IMG/VR virus record: IMGVR_UViG_3300037755_000987
Coordinates: 1 to 64,000 of that record
Reading direction: 5' to 3' (one strand)
Source of the DNA: a virus
Taxonomy: Duplodnaviria > Caudoviricetes
Length of the DNA stretch: 64,000 nt
In this document: positions 55,321-64,000 of the stretch, piece by piece
How the letters are laid out: each line of letters begins with the position of its first letter
How positions within the stretch are numbered: the stretch's first letter is position 1
Made by a program: the position numbers and the translations under genes
The notes under the pieces: model-generated
The model's input: the letters and a program-made list of their open reading frames with translations, nothing else
The model's database searches: none
Told to the model about the DNA's origin: nothing

Positions 55321-55445
55321 GTCAGCTACGAGGTACCCGCCACCGGGGGTGGCAGTGCGGTCGCACGTTGGCCGCCGGGTGCCTCGTCACTGCTGACCGT
55401 AATCCTCGCTGCCCGGGGGGCAGCTAGCGGCCGGGGGCCGGCTGC
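55321..55445 (+). ncRNA. candidate structured 5' leader (three-way junction plus two hairpins)
   Basis: Six stems assigned by eye; three GGG-loop hairpins. Confidence 0.5.
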
Positions 55446-55459
55446 GATCGGAGACACGC

Positions 55460-56281
55460 ATGGCGATTCCGAGCACTTGGAAGTCGAAGGACCTCGTTCC
55501 CGAGTGGGCGCTGCCGCACGTCGAAGAGAAGGACGGTGAGTTCGTCCTCGACGTGGCGGGTTATCGCCCGAAGAAGGAGGTCGACGAGTTCCGGGAAAAC
55601 AACCTGAAGCTGACTCAGAAGCTCGAGGAGCTGCAGGCGAAGATGGCGGAAGGGCTGTCCCCCGAGGAGAAGACCAAGCTCGAGACCGAGATCCAGACCC
55701 TGCGCGAGAAGCTCGAGGCCGGCGAGCACGGCGAGAAGATCGAGGAGCTGATCGCGCAACGGATGACGGAGCTCGAGGTCGGCGGGCGGAAGGTGAAGGT
55801 CCCTAAGACCGACGCCCCGCACCTCCAATCGCAGTTGAAGGCCCTCAACGAGAACGCGACGACCCTCGCGAGCACGGCCGAGACGATGCGCGCCGAGCTC
55901 ATGAAGGAGCGGATCGGAGGCGCAACGCTGGCAGCGATGCGCAAGATCGGCGGCTTCAACCCGCGGGCCGAGGACGACGTGGTGGGTCACGTCAGCCTCC
56001 GGTTCCAGATGGGCGATGATCTCGAGGCATTCCTTCCCGACCCGGACGACAAGGAAGGCAAGACCGCCTCTGTCGGGGCGGACGGGAAGAAGCTCACGAT
56101 CGAGGGCTACCTTCGGAATATCGTCGAGTCGGGCGAGAAGGCGGGCGTCTGGGTCGATCCTCCACAGGGAGCACGCCAGCGGATCAAGGCGGGCTCCGTG
56201 CCGGAGGCGGAACGGGCGGCGCCCACCGGATCGCGACGCATCGCGAAGGGTCTGCGCAGCAACAACCTCGGAACGGCCTGA
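55460..56281 (+). CDS. capsid scaffolding protein
   Basis: YVEKDGEFVLDV-like start, EFRENN, coiled coil; upstream of MCP. Confidence 0.8.
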   Translation: MAIPSTWKSKDLVPEWALPHVEEKDGEFVLDVAGYRPKKEVDEFRENNLKLTQKLEELQAKMAEGLSPEEKTKLETEIQTLREKLEAGEHGEKIEELIAQRMTELEVGGRKVKVPKTDAPHLQSQLKALNENATTLASTAETMRAELMKERIGGATLAAMRKIGGFNPRAEDDVVGHVSLRFQMGDDLEAFLPDPDDKEGKTASVGADGKKLTIEGYLRNIVESGEKAGVWVDPPQGARQRIKAGSVPEAERAAPTGSRRIAKGLRSNNLGTA

Positions 56282-56329
56282 CCGCCAACGAGCCGGTAGG
56301 TTCTCGGGTCTTCGCTCAAGGAGACTCGA

Positions 56330-57277
56330 ATGGCGACCCAGACCCTCGCGGAGCTCGCCAAGTTCGTCCAGGACGACTTGGTGGGGGGCGTGGCGGAAGA
56401 CATCATCACCGTCAGCCCGATCTTCAACTTCCTTCCCTTCCAGGGCTACAGCGGAGACGCGGTGGTCGTCAACCGAGAGACGACCCTCGGCGACGCCGGG
56501 CTCTACAGCGTCTCGGACGCGATCACCCACCGAACGCCGTCGACCTCGACGCCGCTGGCCTTCACGGCCACGAAGCTGATCGGCCAGGTCGACATCGACG
56601 GCCTCGTCCAGGCGCAGGGCGAGAGCGACGGCGTCGACATGACGGCCCAGGAGATGTCGTCAAAGTCGAAGAGCCTGTCGCGTCTTTTCCAGCAGGAGAT
56701 GGTCAGCGGCACGGGCGTCGCGCCGTCGATGCACTCGCTGCACTCGATGATCGATTCGGAGCAGTTCGCGACCGCGTCGGCCCTCGAGCGCGACCTCAGC
56801 TTCGAGCTGATGGACGAGCTGCTCGACCTGGTGGTCGCGAAGGACGGCGAGGTCGACTTCCTCATGGGCCACTCGGTCCTGCTGCGGAAGTACCGGGCGC
56901 TCTACCGGGCCCTGGGCGGGGCGCAGCCCCAGCTCGTCGTCATCCAGATGCCGGACGGCACCGAGCGGACCGTCGAGAGCTACAACGGCATACCGTTCTT
57001 CCGCAACGACTACCTCAGTGTCGCGGAGACGGCGGACGGCGCGGCGCTGACCGGCGGCGACATGACGTCGCTTTGGGCCGGCGTCTGGGACGACGGGTCC
57101 CGGAAGGTCGGCCTCTCGGCCATCTACCCCGAGTCCGTCGACGCCGGGATCATGGTCAAGAACGTGGGGACGTCCGAGACGCTGGACGAGGACATCTACC
57201 GGCTGGTGTGGTACACGAACTTCGTGAACTTCAACCGGCGCGCCCTCGCCCGGCTCGCCTCGCTCGCCACCACGTAG
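56330..57277 (+). CDS. major capsid protein
   Basis: TQTLAELAK, PIFNFLPF, YNGIPFFRND, RALARL; AAGGAG RBS. Confidence 0.9.
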   Translation: MATQTLAELAKFVQDDLVGGVAEDIITVSPIFNFLPFQGYSGDAVVVNRETTLGDAGLYSVSDAITHRTPSTSTPLAFTATKLIGQVDIDGLVQAQGESDGVDMTAQEMSSKSKSLSRLFQQEMVSGTGVAPSMHSLHSMIDSEQFATASALERDLSFELMDELLDLVVAKDGEVDFLMGHSVLLRKYRALYRALGGAQPQLVVIQMPDGTERTVESYNGIPFFRNDYLSVAETADGAALTGGDMTSLWAGVWDDGSRKVGLSAIYPESVDAGIMVKNVGTSETLDEDIYRLVWYTNFVNFNRRALARLASLATT

Positions 57278-57293
57278 GCGGCGAACCTTCTAC

Positions 57294-57335
57294 CGGCGGC
57301 CGGCGTGACGTCGCGATGACGTCGGCCGGCCGCCC
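57294..57335 (+). terminator. GC hairpin after capsid gene
   Basis: GGCGGCCGGC/GCCGGCCGCC stem; no U-tract, so may be a stabiliser. Confidence 0.45.
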
Positions 57336-57353
57336 CTCGCAGGGAGAACGCTC

Positions 57354-57854
57354 ATGGCCAAGAACGACAAGGTCGACGACAAGGCCGACGAGAAGGCCGA
57401 GAAGGACGTCCAGGACGAGCAGGCCGCGCAGGTGAAGTCCGAGCTCCACGCCGAGGACGTCGCCGTCGGGCGGGCGGCGCCGAGCGTGGTCGCGCCGGCG
57501 GCGGGGCAGTCGGGCAAGGGCACCGTCACCTGCACCTGCTACAGCTCGCGTCCGATCGCGCCCGGGGAGCTGGTGAAGCGCTGGGGCTACGCCTGGCGGG
57601 CGGGGGCCGACGGCTACCTGCTCGAGGCGGAGATCCCGAAGGCCGCGGTCGACGGCGGCCTCGCCGCCGGGCGGTGGATCAAGAAGGGGTCGAAGTCCGA
57701 GGACGCCGGGATCGTCTACTGGCGCGAGCAGCACGTCCAGGTCCTCGGCCGGGCGGCCGATCCGGAGCTGACCGCCGACCAGATCCGGACGGTGCTCTCG
57801 GCCGAGGTGCGCCGGCGCACGCCGGCGCCGGACCGGACGTCGCTGCGGTCGTAA
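57354..57854 (+). CDS. hypothetical virion-region protein
   Basis: GGGAG RBS; position after MCP. Confidence 0.6.
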   Translation: MAKNDKVDDKADEKAEKDVQDEQAAQVKSELHAEDVAVGRAAPSVVAPAAGQSGKGTVTCTCYSSRPIAPGELVKRWGYAWRAGADGYLLEAEIPKAAVDGGLAAGRWIKKGSKSEDAGIVYWREQHVQVLGRAADPELTADQIRTVLSAEVRRRTPAPDRTSLRS

Positions 57855-57866
57855 GGAGGGAGGAGC

Positions 57867-58376
57867 GTGGCCTTTGAGCTGGAGGAGATCGAGGACGGAA
57901 CCGCCAAGGCGACGGCGTTGGTCTACGCGCCGACGTCCGACGCGGTCACCTACCTCACCCGCCGCGGAAGGCCACGCTTCGTCGCTCTCGCCGAAGACCT
58001 GCAGGACGTCCACTTCCTGCGCGGTACGGAGTACGTCGAGGTCTTCGCCAGGCCCTACATCAGGGGCCTGATCGTGCTGCGCGACCAGGGGCTCCTCTGG
58101 CCACGGTGGGACGTCTGGTACGAGGAGCGGCTAGTGCCAGGGCACGAGGTGCCGAAGCGTTGGATCTGGGCCACGTTCGAGGCGGCGGAACTCTCGGCGG
58201 CCGGCCAGCCGCTGCTGCACGTCGTCGACGACAAGATCGGAGTGCGCAGCGAGATGACCGGCCGTTCGATCCAGACGAGCTACGACGAGAGCTTCACCAA
58301 GCTCCCGTCCTACCGGGTCGTCGAGCGCATGCTCACCGGGCTCATCAGCTACGGCATGGAAATCGAGCGTGGATGA
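57867..58376 (+). CDS. head-tail adaptor (DnaT-like domain family)
   Basis: Y-----A--Y, QGLLWPR, VP-----A--EAA. Confidence 0.7.
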   Translation: MAFELEEIEDGTAKATALVYAPTSDAVTYLTRRGRPRFVALAEDLQDVHFLRGTEYVEVFARPYIRGLIVLRDQGLLWPRWDVWYEERLVPGHEVPKRWIWATFEAAELSAAGQPLLHVVDDKIGVRSEMTGRSIQTSYDESFTKLPSYRVVERMLTGLISYGMEIERG

Positions 58377-58762
58377 TGGCGATCGACGCCACCCAGGTTC
58401 GACTCGATACGGCCGAACGGCTCCGCGAGCAGAACAACCTCGTCCTGGTCCACCGCGCGGTCTACACCGGCGACAAGCGCACGGGGACGACGCCGCTGCA
58501 GACCTACGGCGTCGTCGACCGCGTGAAGCCGACGCAGGTCAACGGCTCGAACCTCCTCGGCGGGGACCTGTTCATCACGCTGGCGGCGTTGGTCTGGGAC
58601 CCGGAGCAGTCCACCTGGACCGACCCGCTCGACCTGGTGGTCGGGGACGTCCTCGAGGCCAACGGCGAGCGCCTCCGGGTGGTCGACCCCGGCGGCGTCG
58701 AGCCGACCGGCACGGCCATCATCTTCGAAGCGCTCGCCCGGAACGCGAAGGAGACGCCATGA
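58373..58762 (+). CDS. head-closure protein (putative)
   Basis: Position; GDLFI, VGDVLEANGERLRVV. Confidence 0.6.
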   Translation: MMAIDATQVRLDTAERLREQNNLVLVHRAVYTGDKRTGTTPLQTYGVVDRVKPTQVNGSNLLGGDLFITLAALVWDPEQSTWTDPLDLVVGDVLEANGERLRVVDPGGVEPTGTAIIFEALARNAKETP

Positions 58763-59175
58763 GTGGCCAGCCCGTACGGGCTCACCGCTTCCGCGCCAAC
58801 CTTCGCGGCACCGCGGCGGAGATCCGCCGCAAGGCGACGCTGATCGTCAACGGCATCACGTTCGCCGTCTACGCCGAGATCCTGTCCGACCCCGACCACC
58901 CGGTCGACACCGGACGGTTGCGGTCCGGGTGGTCGATCTCGGTCTACGTGGTCGGCGACCATAAGCCCGCCGCTGGCGAGGGAAGCTATCAGCCGCAGCC
59001 GGCCGAGACGTTCGTCGCCACGCTCGAGGCGGCGCCGCTCCAGGCGAAGAGGTTCATCTACAACCACGTCGAGTACGCGGTTTGGGTGTTTGGTGGGTCC
59101 GAGGGCCGCGCTGGCTCTCACACCCCGGAGCTTGCGATCGCGCGGGTCATCCAGAAAGGGACGAAGGCCGCATGA
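58759..59175 (+). CDS. HK97 gp10-like neck protein
   Basis: PVDTGRLRSGW, IYNHVEYA. Confidence 0.75.
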   Translation: MSGQPVRAHRFRANLRGTAAEIRRKATLIVNGITFAVYAEILSDPDHPVDTGRLRSGWSISVYVVGDHKPAAGEGSYQPQPAETFVATLEAAPLQAKRFIYNHVEYAVWVFGGSEGRAGSHTPELAIARVIQKGTKAA

Positions 59176-59600
59176 GCGCCACCGCCCTCTGGGCCGCGAT
59201 GCGGGAGCGCTTCGACGCCGCCTACCTCGCCGCCAAGGTCATCGAGCCGGCGCTCGTGCACCTCGTTGAGGGCGCGAATCGGAAGCTTGTGTCCCTCGAC
59301 CCTGAGGTGCCCTACTTCCGGCCGTACGTGCGCGGCATCGGTGGCCGGCGACTCGGCGTCGGCGAGGTGGCCCCCGAAGAGCAGAAGGGGATCGCCTACA
59401 TCGACATGCTGCTCGTCCTCGAGGTCGGCGACGAGAACGCGATTGCGATCTACGACACGATCCGGCCGCTCTTCAGGACCGGGACCGATGGGCTCGAGTT
59501 TGAGGAAGCCCCGTCGCTGCGGGATGGCCGCGCCGACGGATCTCACTGGTTGGCGGTTGCGGCCCTCCCTTGGACGTGGAGGGAGCTCGCCGCCGCGTAG
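59172..59600 (+). CDS. tail terminator (putative)
   Basis: Position before tail tube; size. Confidence 0.55.
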   Translation: MSATALWAAMRERFDAAYLAAKVIEPALVHLVEGANRKLVSLDPEVPYFRPYVRGIGGRRLGVGEVAPEEQKGIAYIDMLLVLEVGDENAIAIYDTIRPLFRTGTDGLEFEEAPSLRDGRADGSHWLAVAALPWTWRELAAA

Positions 59601-59618
59601 CAGAAGAAGGAGAACGCC

Positions 59619-60857
59619 ATGCCCGACGAATTCCAACCGGGATCCGGCGAGGAGCTGCGGTGGGTCGAGACTGCGGAGCAGGAGACGTCGTCCGCGACCG
59701 ACATGCAGGTCCTGCCGCACTCCGGCAACCCCACCGGCCCGCACAAGCCGCTGTCGCGGGGGCCGACCGACGAGGTCACCAGCGACCTGACCGTCCAGGG
59801 CAACGCCAGCCGGGACTTCACCGTCCCGCTGTCGTTCCAGAACGTCTGCCGCTACGGGATCTACCACCTCCCCTTCGAGCAGGTGTTCGCCGGCCGCTGG
59901 ACGGCCGCCTTCGACTCGACGGTGCTCGCGACGATCGCCTCGGTCGCGGCCGGCAACAAGCTGGTCGCGAGCGCGGGGACGCCGTTCGCCGACCTCTCCG
60001 CCCAGGTGCCGTGCCCGGTGTGGCTGTGCCGCGGCGGCGCCGACGCGATCCCGGGCCAGCCGGTGCTCGCCACCGAGGTCCTCGCCGCCGGCGCGGAGCT
60101 CGTGATCGGCAACGCCACGAACCACGGCATCACGCTGACCGACGTCGCCGAGGGCGACGACGTACAGGCGATGCACTCTGGCGTGCTCAAGAACGGCGTC
60201 GAGCTCATCTTCGCGATGATCGAGCGCGCCCAGGCCGCGATCGAGCAGTTCCGCGTCGGCTACGGGATGCTCGGCACGAAGATCGACTTCTCCGGCCAGA
60301 AGGGCTCGGACCCCACGTGGGCGCTCGAGTTCATGGGCCGCGAGAAGGAGACGGCCGGCGTCACCTTCGGCACCGGAACCCAGACGCCGGCGCCGACGAC
60401 GCAGCCGTTCAACTTCGGCAGCCACTTCAAGCACTTCCGCGAGGGCGGCGGGATCGACACGGACCTGCTGATCCGTTCGATCAACTGGTCCTACGCCTTC
60501 GGCGGCGTGGTGGTCAGCCCCGCGGGCGTCGACGGGCCGTACGCCCACACGAAGGCGCGCCAGACGCTGACCGGCTCGGTCAACTTCTTCACCAACGCGG
60601 CCGCGGGCGCGATCGAGACGAAGGCCGAGGACGACGTCGACTCCGCCATCTGGTACGCGCTCCAGCGCACCGACGGCGGCGTCACCCGCGCCGAGCTCGT
60701 CCACCTGCCGCTGGTCCAGTACAGCGACGCCTCGCAGGAGGGTGGCGGCAACGACAACGTCGTCGAGACGCCGGTGCAGTTCATGACCGCGAAGAGCCCC
60801 ACCCTCGGCTACCAGGCGCTGCTCGCCCGGTTCGAGGACGTGCCGCTGACGCTGTAG
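59619..60857 (+). CDS. major tail tube protein
   Basis: ELRWVETAEQ-type start, FAMIER, LEFMGR, TGSVNF; AAGGAG RBS. Confidence 0.75.
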   Translation: MPDEFQPGSGEELRWVETAEQETSSATDMQVLPHSGNPTGPHKPLSRGPTDEVTSDLTVQGNASRDFTVPLSFQNVCRYGIYHLPFEQVFAGRWTAAFDSTVLATIASVAAGNKLVASAGTPFADLSAQVPCPVWLCRGGADAIPGQPVLATEVLAAGAELVIGNATNHGITLTDVAEGDDVQAMHSGVLKNGVELIFAMIERAQAAIEQFRVGYGMLGTKIDFSGQKGSDPTWALEFMGREKETAGVTFGTGTQTPAPTTQPFNFGSHFKHFREGGGIDTDLLIRSINWSYAFGGVVVSPAGVDGPYAHTKARQTLTGSVNFFTNAAAGAIETKAEDDVDSAIWYALQRTDGGVTRAELVHLPLVQYSDASQEGGGNDNVVETPVQFMTAKSPTLGYQALLARFEDVPLTL

Positions 60858-60912
60858 GCGGCCCACCACACGACGGAAACGGAGCTCCGAGAGGGGCGAG
60901 GAGAGAACGACG

Positions 60913-61203
60913 ATGGCGAAGAAGGTCACCACGACGCTGGCGCTCGAAATCGAGGTCGATGCCGCGCAGCAAGCGTCCTACGAGCAGAAGGTCGGCAAGG
61001 GGGCGGACCCGCTGCGCGCGGCCGCCACCACGCTGGTCAGCCGAGTCACCGGCGGGCCCGGCTACGTCGACACCGTGCCGAACCGGATGGCGGCGCTCTC
61101 GGGCAAGACGCTCGGAGAAGTGCTGATCGCCGCCGGCGTCAAGAAGGCGGAGGCCACCGCGGCTACCGCGGCCGTCAAGGCCGCGGAGCCGCCGAAGCCG
61201 TAG
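60913..61203 (+). CDS. small Ala-rich hypothetical protein
   Basis: GAGGAG RBS. Confidence 0.55.
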   Translation: MAKKVTTTLALEIEVDAAQQASYEQKVGKGADPLRAAATTLVSRVTGGPGYVDTVPNRMAALSGKTLGEVLIAAGVKKAEATAATAAVKAAEPPKP

Positions 61204-61227
61204 CGCTTCACCCGGTCGCGGAATCAC

Positions 61228-61311
61228 AGGGGGAGGGCGAGTCCTTGGCACCTGCCTGGTCCTCGCGCAGGCGCCCTAACCCCCTCCGGCGGGAACGACC
61301 AGGCCCGCCGG
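61228..61311 (+). ncRNA. candidate kissing-loop leader RNA
   Basis: Two hairpins with complementary loops CTGGTC/GACCAG. Confidence 0.45.
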
Positions 61312-61352
61312 CCGCGGCCGACTTTCAACCGAACAAGCCAAGGAGAACGCGC

Positions 61353-62027
61353 ATGGCAGACCACAACATGTTCAACCTCGACCAGGTGGAGCGGCAGTCC
61401 GCCGAGGTCGACCAGGACGAGCGCTGGTTCGTGCTCGAGGGTCGCCGCTTCGGCGACACGTCGCCCATGCCGCTGAAGGTCAAGGTCCGCTCGGGCGGCG
61501 ACAAGTGGCAGCGCGGCTGGACGAAGGGCGCCCAGGCGTACGCGAAGGACCTGTCGCCGTCGGCGCGGCGCGAGTTCGACCGCGGATCGGGCAACCCGCT
61601 GACGATCAACCCCGACGCTCTGCCGCGGGCGAACCGCGCGGCGCTGCGGGAGTCCGGCGCGCTTCTCGCGGTCGCGGTCGTCGGCCCGGAGCTCGACGAT
61701 CTCGACCATCCGATGACGGCGGCGCAGGAGAAGATCTACGGCTTCAAGAAGCTGCCGGCGAGCATCAGGCCCCACTACCTGAAGCGCACCGACGGGAAGT
61801 GGGCCATCCCGGTCCAGGCCGAGCCGCCGGCGGAGTTCCGGGCGAGCGACGAGCAGGTCTCGCACCTCCACAAGTACCCGGAGTTCGTCAACGGCGTCGG
61901 CCGGGCCCGCCAACTTCTCGTCGAGGAGGGCAAGGAGTCGCTCGAGGACGAATTGGGAAACTTCGTCGCTGGGTCCGGTGGTGCCGCTGGTGGGGCGGCC
62001 TCACCGAGTCCCAGCGAGAAGGACTAG
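61353..62027 (+). CDS. tail assembly chaperone (gpG-like)
   Basis: Between tube and TMP; in-frame G-GGA-AAC near end. Confidence 0.75.
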   Translation: MADHNMFNLDQVERQSAEVDQDERWFVLEGRRFGDTSPMPLKVKVRSGGDKWQRGWTKGAQAYAKDLSPSARREFDRGSGNPLTINPDALPRANRAALRESGALLAVAVVGPELDDLDHPMTAAQEKIYGFKKLPASIRPHYLKRTDGKWAIPVQAEPPAEFRASDEQVSHLHKYPEFVNGVGRARQLLVEEGKESLEDELGNFVAGSGGAAGGAASPSPSEKD

Positions 62028-62365
62028 ACGAGTACCGGAACCGTCCGGAGGAGGAGGGCGGTCCGGTTGACATCTCGCAGCTCGGCGACCCGTCATCGCC
62101 GCCGCCGGCCGAAGAGGAAGTCTGGTTGGAGAACCACCTCGCGGTGCAGCTCTACAACAGCGCCGCGACGCTGGGAAGCACGGTGCTTCAAGTGCTCGAT
62201 GCCTGGGGCGAGCAGGGCCGATCGAGGGATGAGCTGCTGGCGAAGGCCGAAGCGATCGCCAGCGAGAACCATCGGATCGACAGGCAGGAGATGGACCGGC
62301 AGCGGCAGAAGTCGGACGAGCAGCAGACGAAGGCCCGGGCCAAACCGAAGGGACCGCGGACTTGA
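61955..62365 (+). CDS. gpT-like extension reached by -1 ribosomal frameshift
   Basis: GGGAAAC at 61955-61961; -1 frame GKLRRWVRW... open to 62365. Confidence 0.75.
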   Translation, partial: GKLRRWVRWCRWWGGLTESQREGLDEYRNRPEEEGGPVDISQLGDPSSPPPAEEEVWLENHLAVQLYNSAATLGSTVLQVLDAWGEQGRSRDELLAKAEAIASENHRIDRQEMDRQRQKSDEQQTKARAKPKGPRT

Positions 62366-64000
62366 GCCAGCAGATTGAGAGCCTCCTCATCGAGATCGAA
62401 GCCCAGGGCGCTGACCGCGCCCTGGGTGGACTCGAGCGCGGCATGGGACGGGTGGGCGATCGCGCGGTCGACCTCGAAGGGAAGACCAAGCGGCTGGGCA
62501 CGGCCAACCGCGGGCTGGGCTCGAGCATGGCCGGCGTCGACCGGGCGATGATGTCCCAGATCCGGCAGTTGGCCGTGATGGCCGCCGGGTACATCGGCAT
62601 CCACACGGCGATCCGCCAGGTCGCGAGCGCCGCCAAGCTCTTCGCCGACTTCGAGTACGCGCTGGCCGCCGTCGAAGCCGTCAGCCAGAGCACCCGGTCG
62701 GAGATGGCGGCCCTGACCGCCCAAGCTCGAGAGTTGGGCGAAACCACGATGTTCACGGCCAGCCAGGCCGGCAACGCCATGGAGTTCCTCGGCCGCGCCG
62801 GCTTCAAGGCCAACGAGATCCTCTCCGCCATGCCGGGTCTGTTGAACCTCGCGGCTGCCGGCAAGCTCGGCCTGGCGGACGCCGCCAACATCGCGGCGCA
62901 GTCGCTGCGCGGCTTCAACCTCGGGGCGGGGGAGTCGACGCGGGTGGCTGACGTCCTCGCCTCTGCGGCCGCCAACGCCAACACCGACGTCTCCCAGATG
63001 GGCGAGGGCATGGTCTACGTCGCCCCGGTGGCCGCAGCATTGGGGATCTCGATCGAGCGAACCGCGGCGGCGATGGGCGTGCTGTCCGACGCCGGGCTGC
63101 AGTCGACGATGGCGGGTACTGGCCTGCGGCGCGTCCTGTCCGAGCTCGCCAACCCCTCAAAGGCTGCCCAGGTGATCCTCAAGGGCTTGGGGTTGACGGT
63201 CGCCGAAGTCGATCCCTTGACCAACCACCTGGCCGACGTCGTCGGCCGTCTCGCCGACGCGGGGATCAGCGCCGCCGACGCCCTGACGATCTTCGGCGAC
63301 CGCGGTGGCCCGGCGATGCTCGCCTTGACGGCCCAGGCGCCGCGGCTGCGCGAACTGACGACCGTGCTCGAGGCGAGCGAAGGCGCAGCCGAGCGCATGG
63401 CCGGCACGATGATGGACACGCTGGTCGGCGCCAACTTCGAGCTCGCCTCCGCGATCGAGAGCGTGAAGATCGAACTCGGGACCGGGCTCGAGCCGTCGCT
63501 TCGCGAGGCGGCCAAGGAGCTCACGGTCTTCTTCCGCGGCAGCGGCGACTCGGCGCGGGACTTCGGGACCCAGGTCGGCCAGATGGTCGTCGCGCTGGTC
63601 AGGGGCTTCCTCTTCGTCGCCGAGCACATCCAAGTCGTCAAGGCGGCGATCGTCGGACTGCTGACAGCGTTCGTCACGGCGAAGGTCGGTGGCCTTTTGG
63701 TCGTGTTCGTCGCGTGGGTACAGGGGCTCCAGCAGGTCGCGCTTGGGGCACATATGGCAGCGGCCGCCGAGGCCAAGCTCGCTGCCGCGGCAGCCGCCAA
63801 CAGCGTCGTGCTCGGCGCGAGCGGGACGGTCGCCGATCTGTACGCCGCGCAGATGTACGGCGTCTCCGGGGCTGTGGTCACCACCGATACGGTCCTCGAC
63901 CTCTACGACGCCCAACTGATCAAGACGAGCGCGACCCAGGCAGCCGCAACTGTCAGCGCCGGCGCCCACGCAGCCGCGACGAACGTCGTGACAGGCGCCA
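62362..64000 (+). CDS. tail tape measure protein, TP901 family (truncated by window end)
   Basis: TTG start overlapping stop; FTASQAG-AMEFLGRAG, VADVLA, GLQSTMAGT-LR; open to the end. Confidence 0.92.
   Translation, partial: MSQQIESLLIEIEAQGADRALGGLERGMGRVGDRAVDLEGKTKRLGTANRGLGSSMAGVDRAMMSQIRQLAVMAAGYIGIHTAIRQVASAAKLFADFEYALAAVEAVSQSTRSEMAALTAQARELGETTMFTASQAGNAMEFLGRAGFKANEILSAMPGLLNLAAAGKLGLADAANIAAQSLRGFNLGAGESTRVADVLASAAANANTDVSQMGEGMVYVAPVAAALGISIERTAAAMGVLSDAGLQSTMAGTGLRRVLSELANPSKAAQVILKGLGLTVAEVDPLTNHLADVVGRLADAGISAADALTIFGDRGGPAMLALTAQAPRLRELTTVLEASEGAAERMAGTMMDTLVGANFELASAIESVKIELGTGLEPSLREAAKELTVFFRGSGDSARDFGTQVGQMVVALVRGFLFVAEHIQVVKAAIVGLLTAFVTAKVGGLLVVFVAWVQGLQQVALGAHMAAAAEAKLAAAAAANSVVLGASGTVADLYAAQMYGVSGAVVTTDTVLDLYDAQLIKTSATQAAATVSAGAHAAATNVVTGA

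Noticed and set aside
59118-60932. 604-aa minus-strand ORF and similar long antisense ORFs (5353-6855, 34410-35903, 47103-48539, 36017-37345)
   Set aside because: Shadows of high-GC + strand genes; no motifs or RBS
1-64000. DGR, retron, CRISPR array, stop-codon recoding
   Set aside because: No RT motifs, TR/VR pair or regular repeat-spacer array; TGA and TAG behave as normal stops

Overview
The whole 64 kb is a contiguous, GC-rich (about 70%) segment of a tailed dsDNA phage, siphovirus-like. Every credible gene is on the + strand. No host genes, integrase, DNA polymerase, CRISPR array or reverse transcriptase are visible. Order: (1) 0-31 kb early/replication region: DUF5131, HNH, cold-shock protein, YqaJ-RecT, an initiator with a DnaA N-terminal domain, beta-clamp, DnaC-like ATPase, DUF488, two DNA methyltransferases, JAB/RadC, ParB and many small ORFs behind repeated sigma70-type promoters. 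(2) tRNA-Glu, then an MTase-GNAT gene (1-nt frameshift), a ParB-like gene, terminase and portal. (3) A 13 kb accessory block: envelope proteins, an initiator tRNA, a parS-like site, a cysteine hydrolase plus ART-fold pair, nucleases and a SNF2 helicase. (4) A MuF/gpF head protein with an intein, a low-GC palindrome-rich non-coding island, and a solo TnpB. (5) Scaffold, capsid, head-tail genes, tail tube, frameshifted chaperone and the start of the tape measure. The most striking feature is the intein: its in-frame middle looks like filler, while the +1 frame encodes a five-zinc-finger Vsr/DUF559 endonuclease. All family calls come from motif recognition by eye; no searches or folding programs were run.
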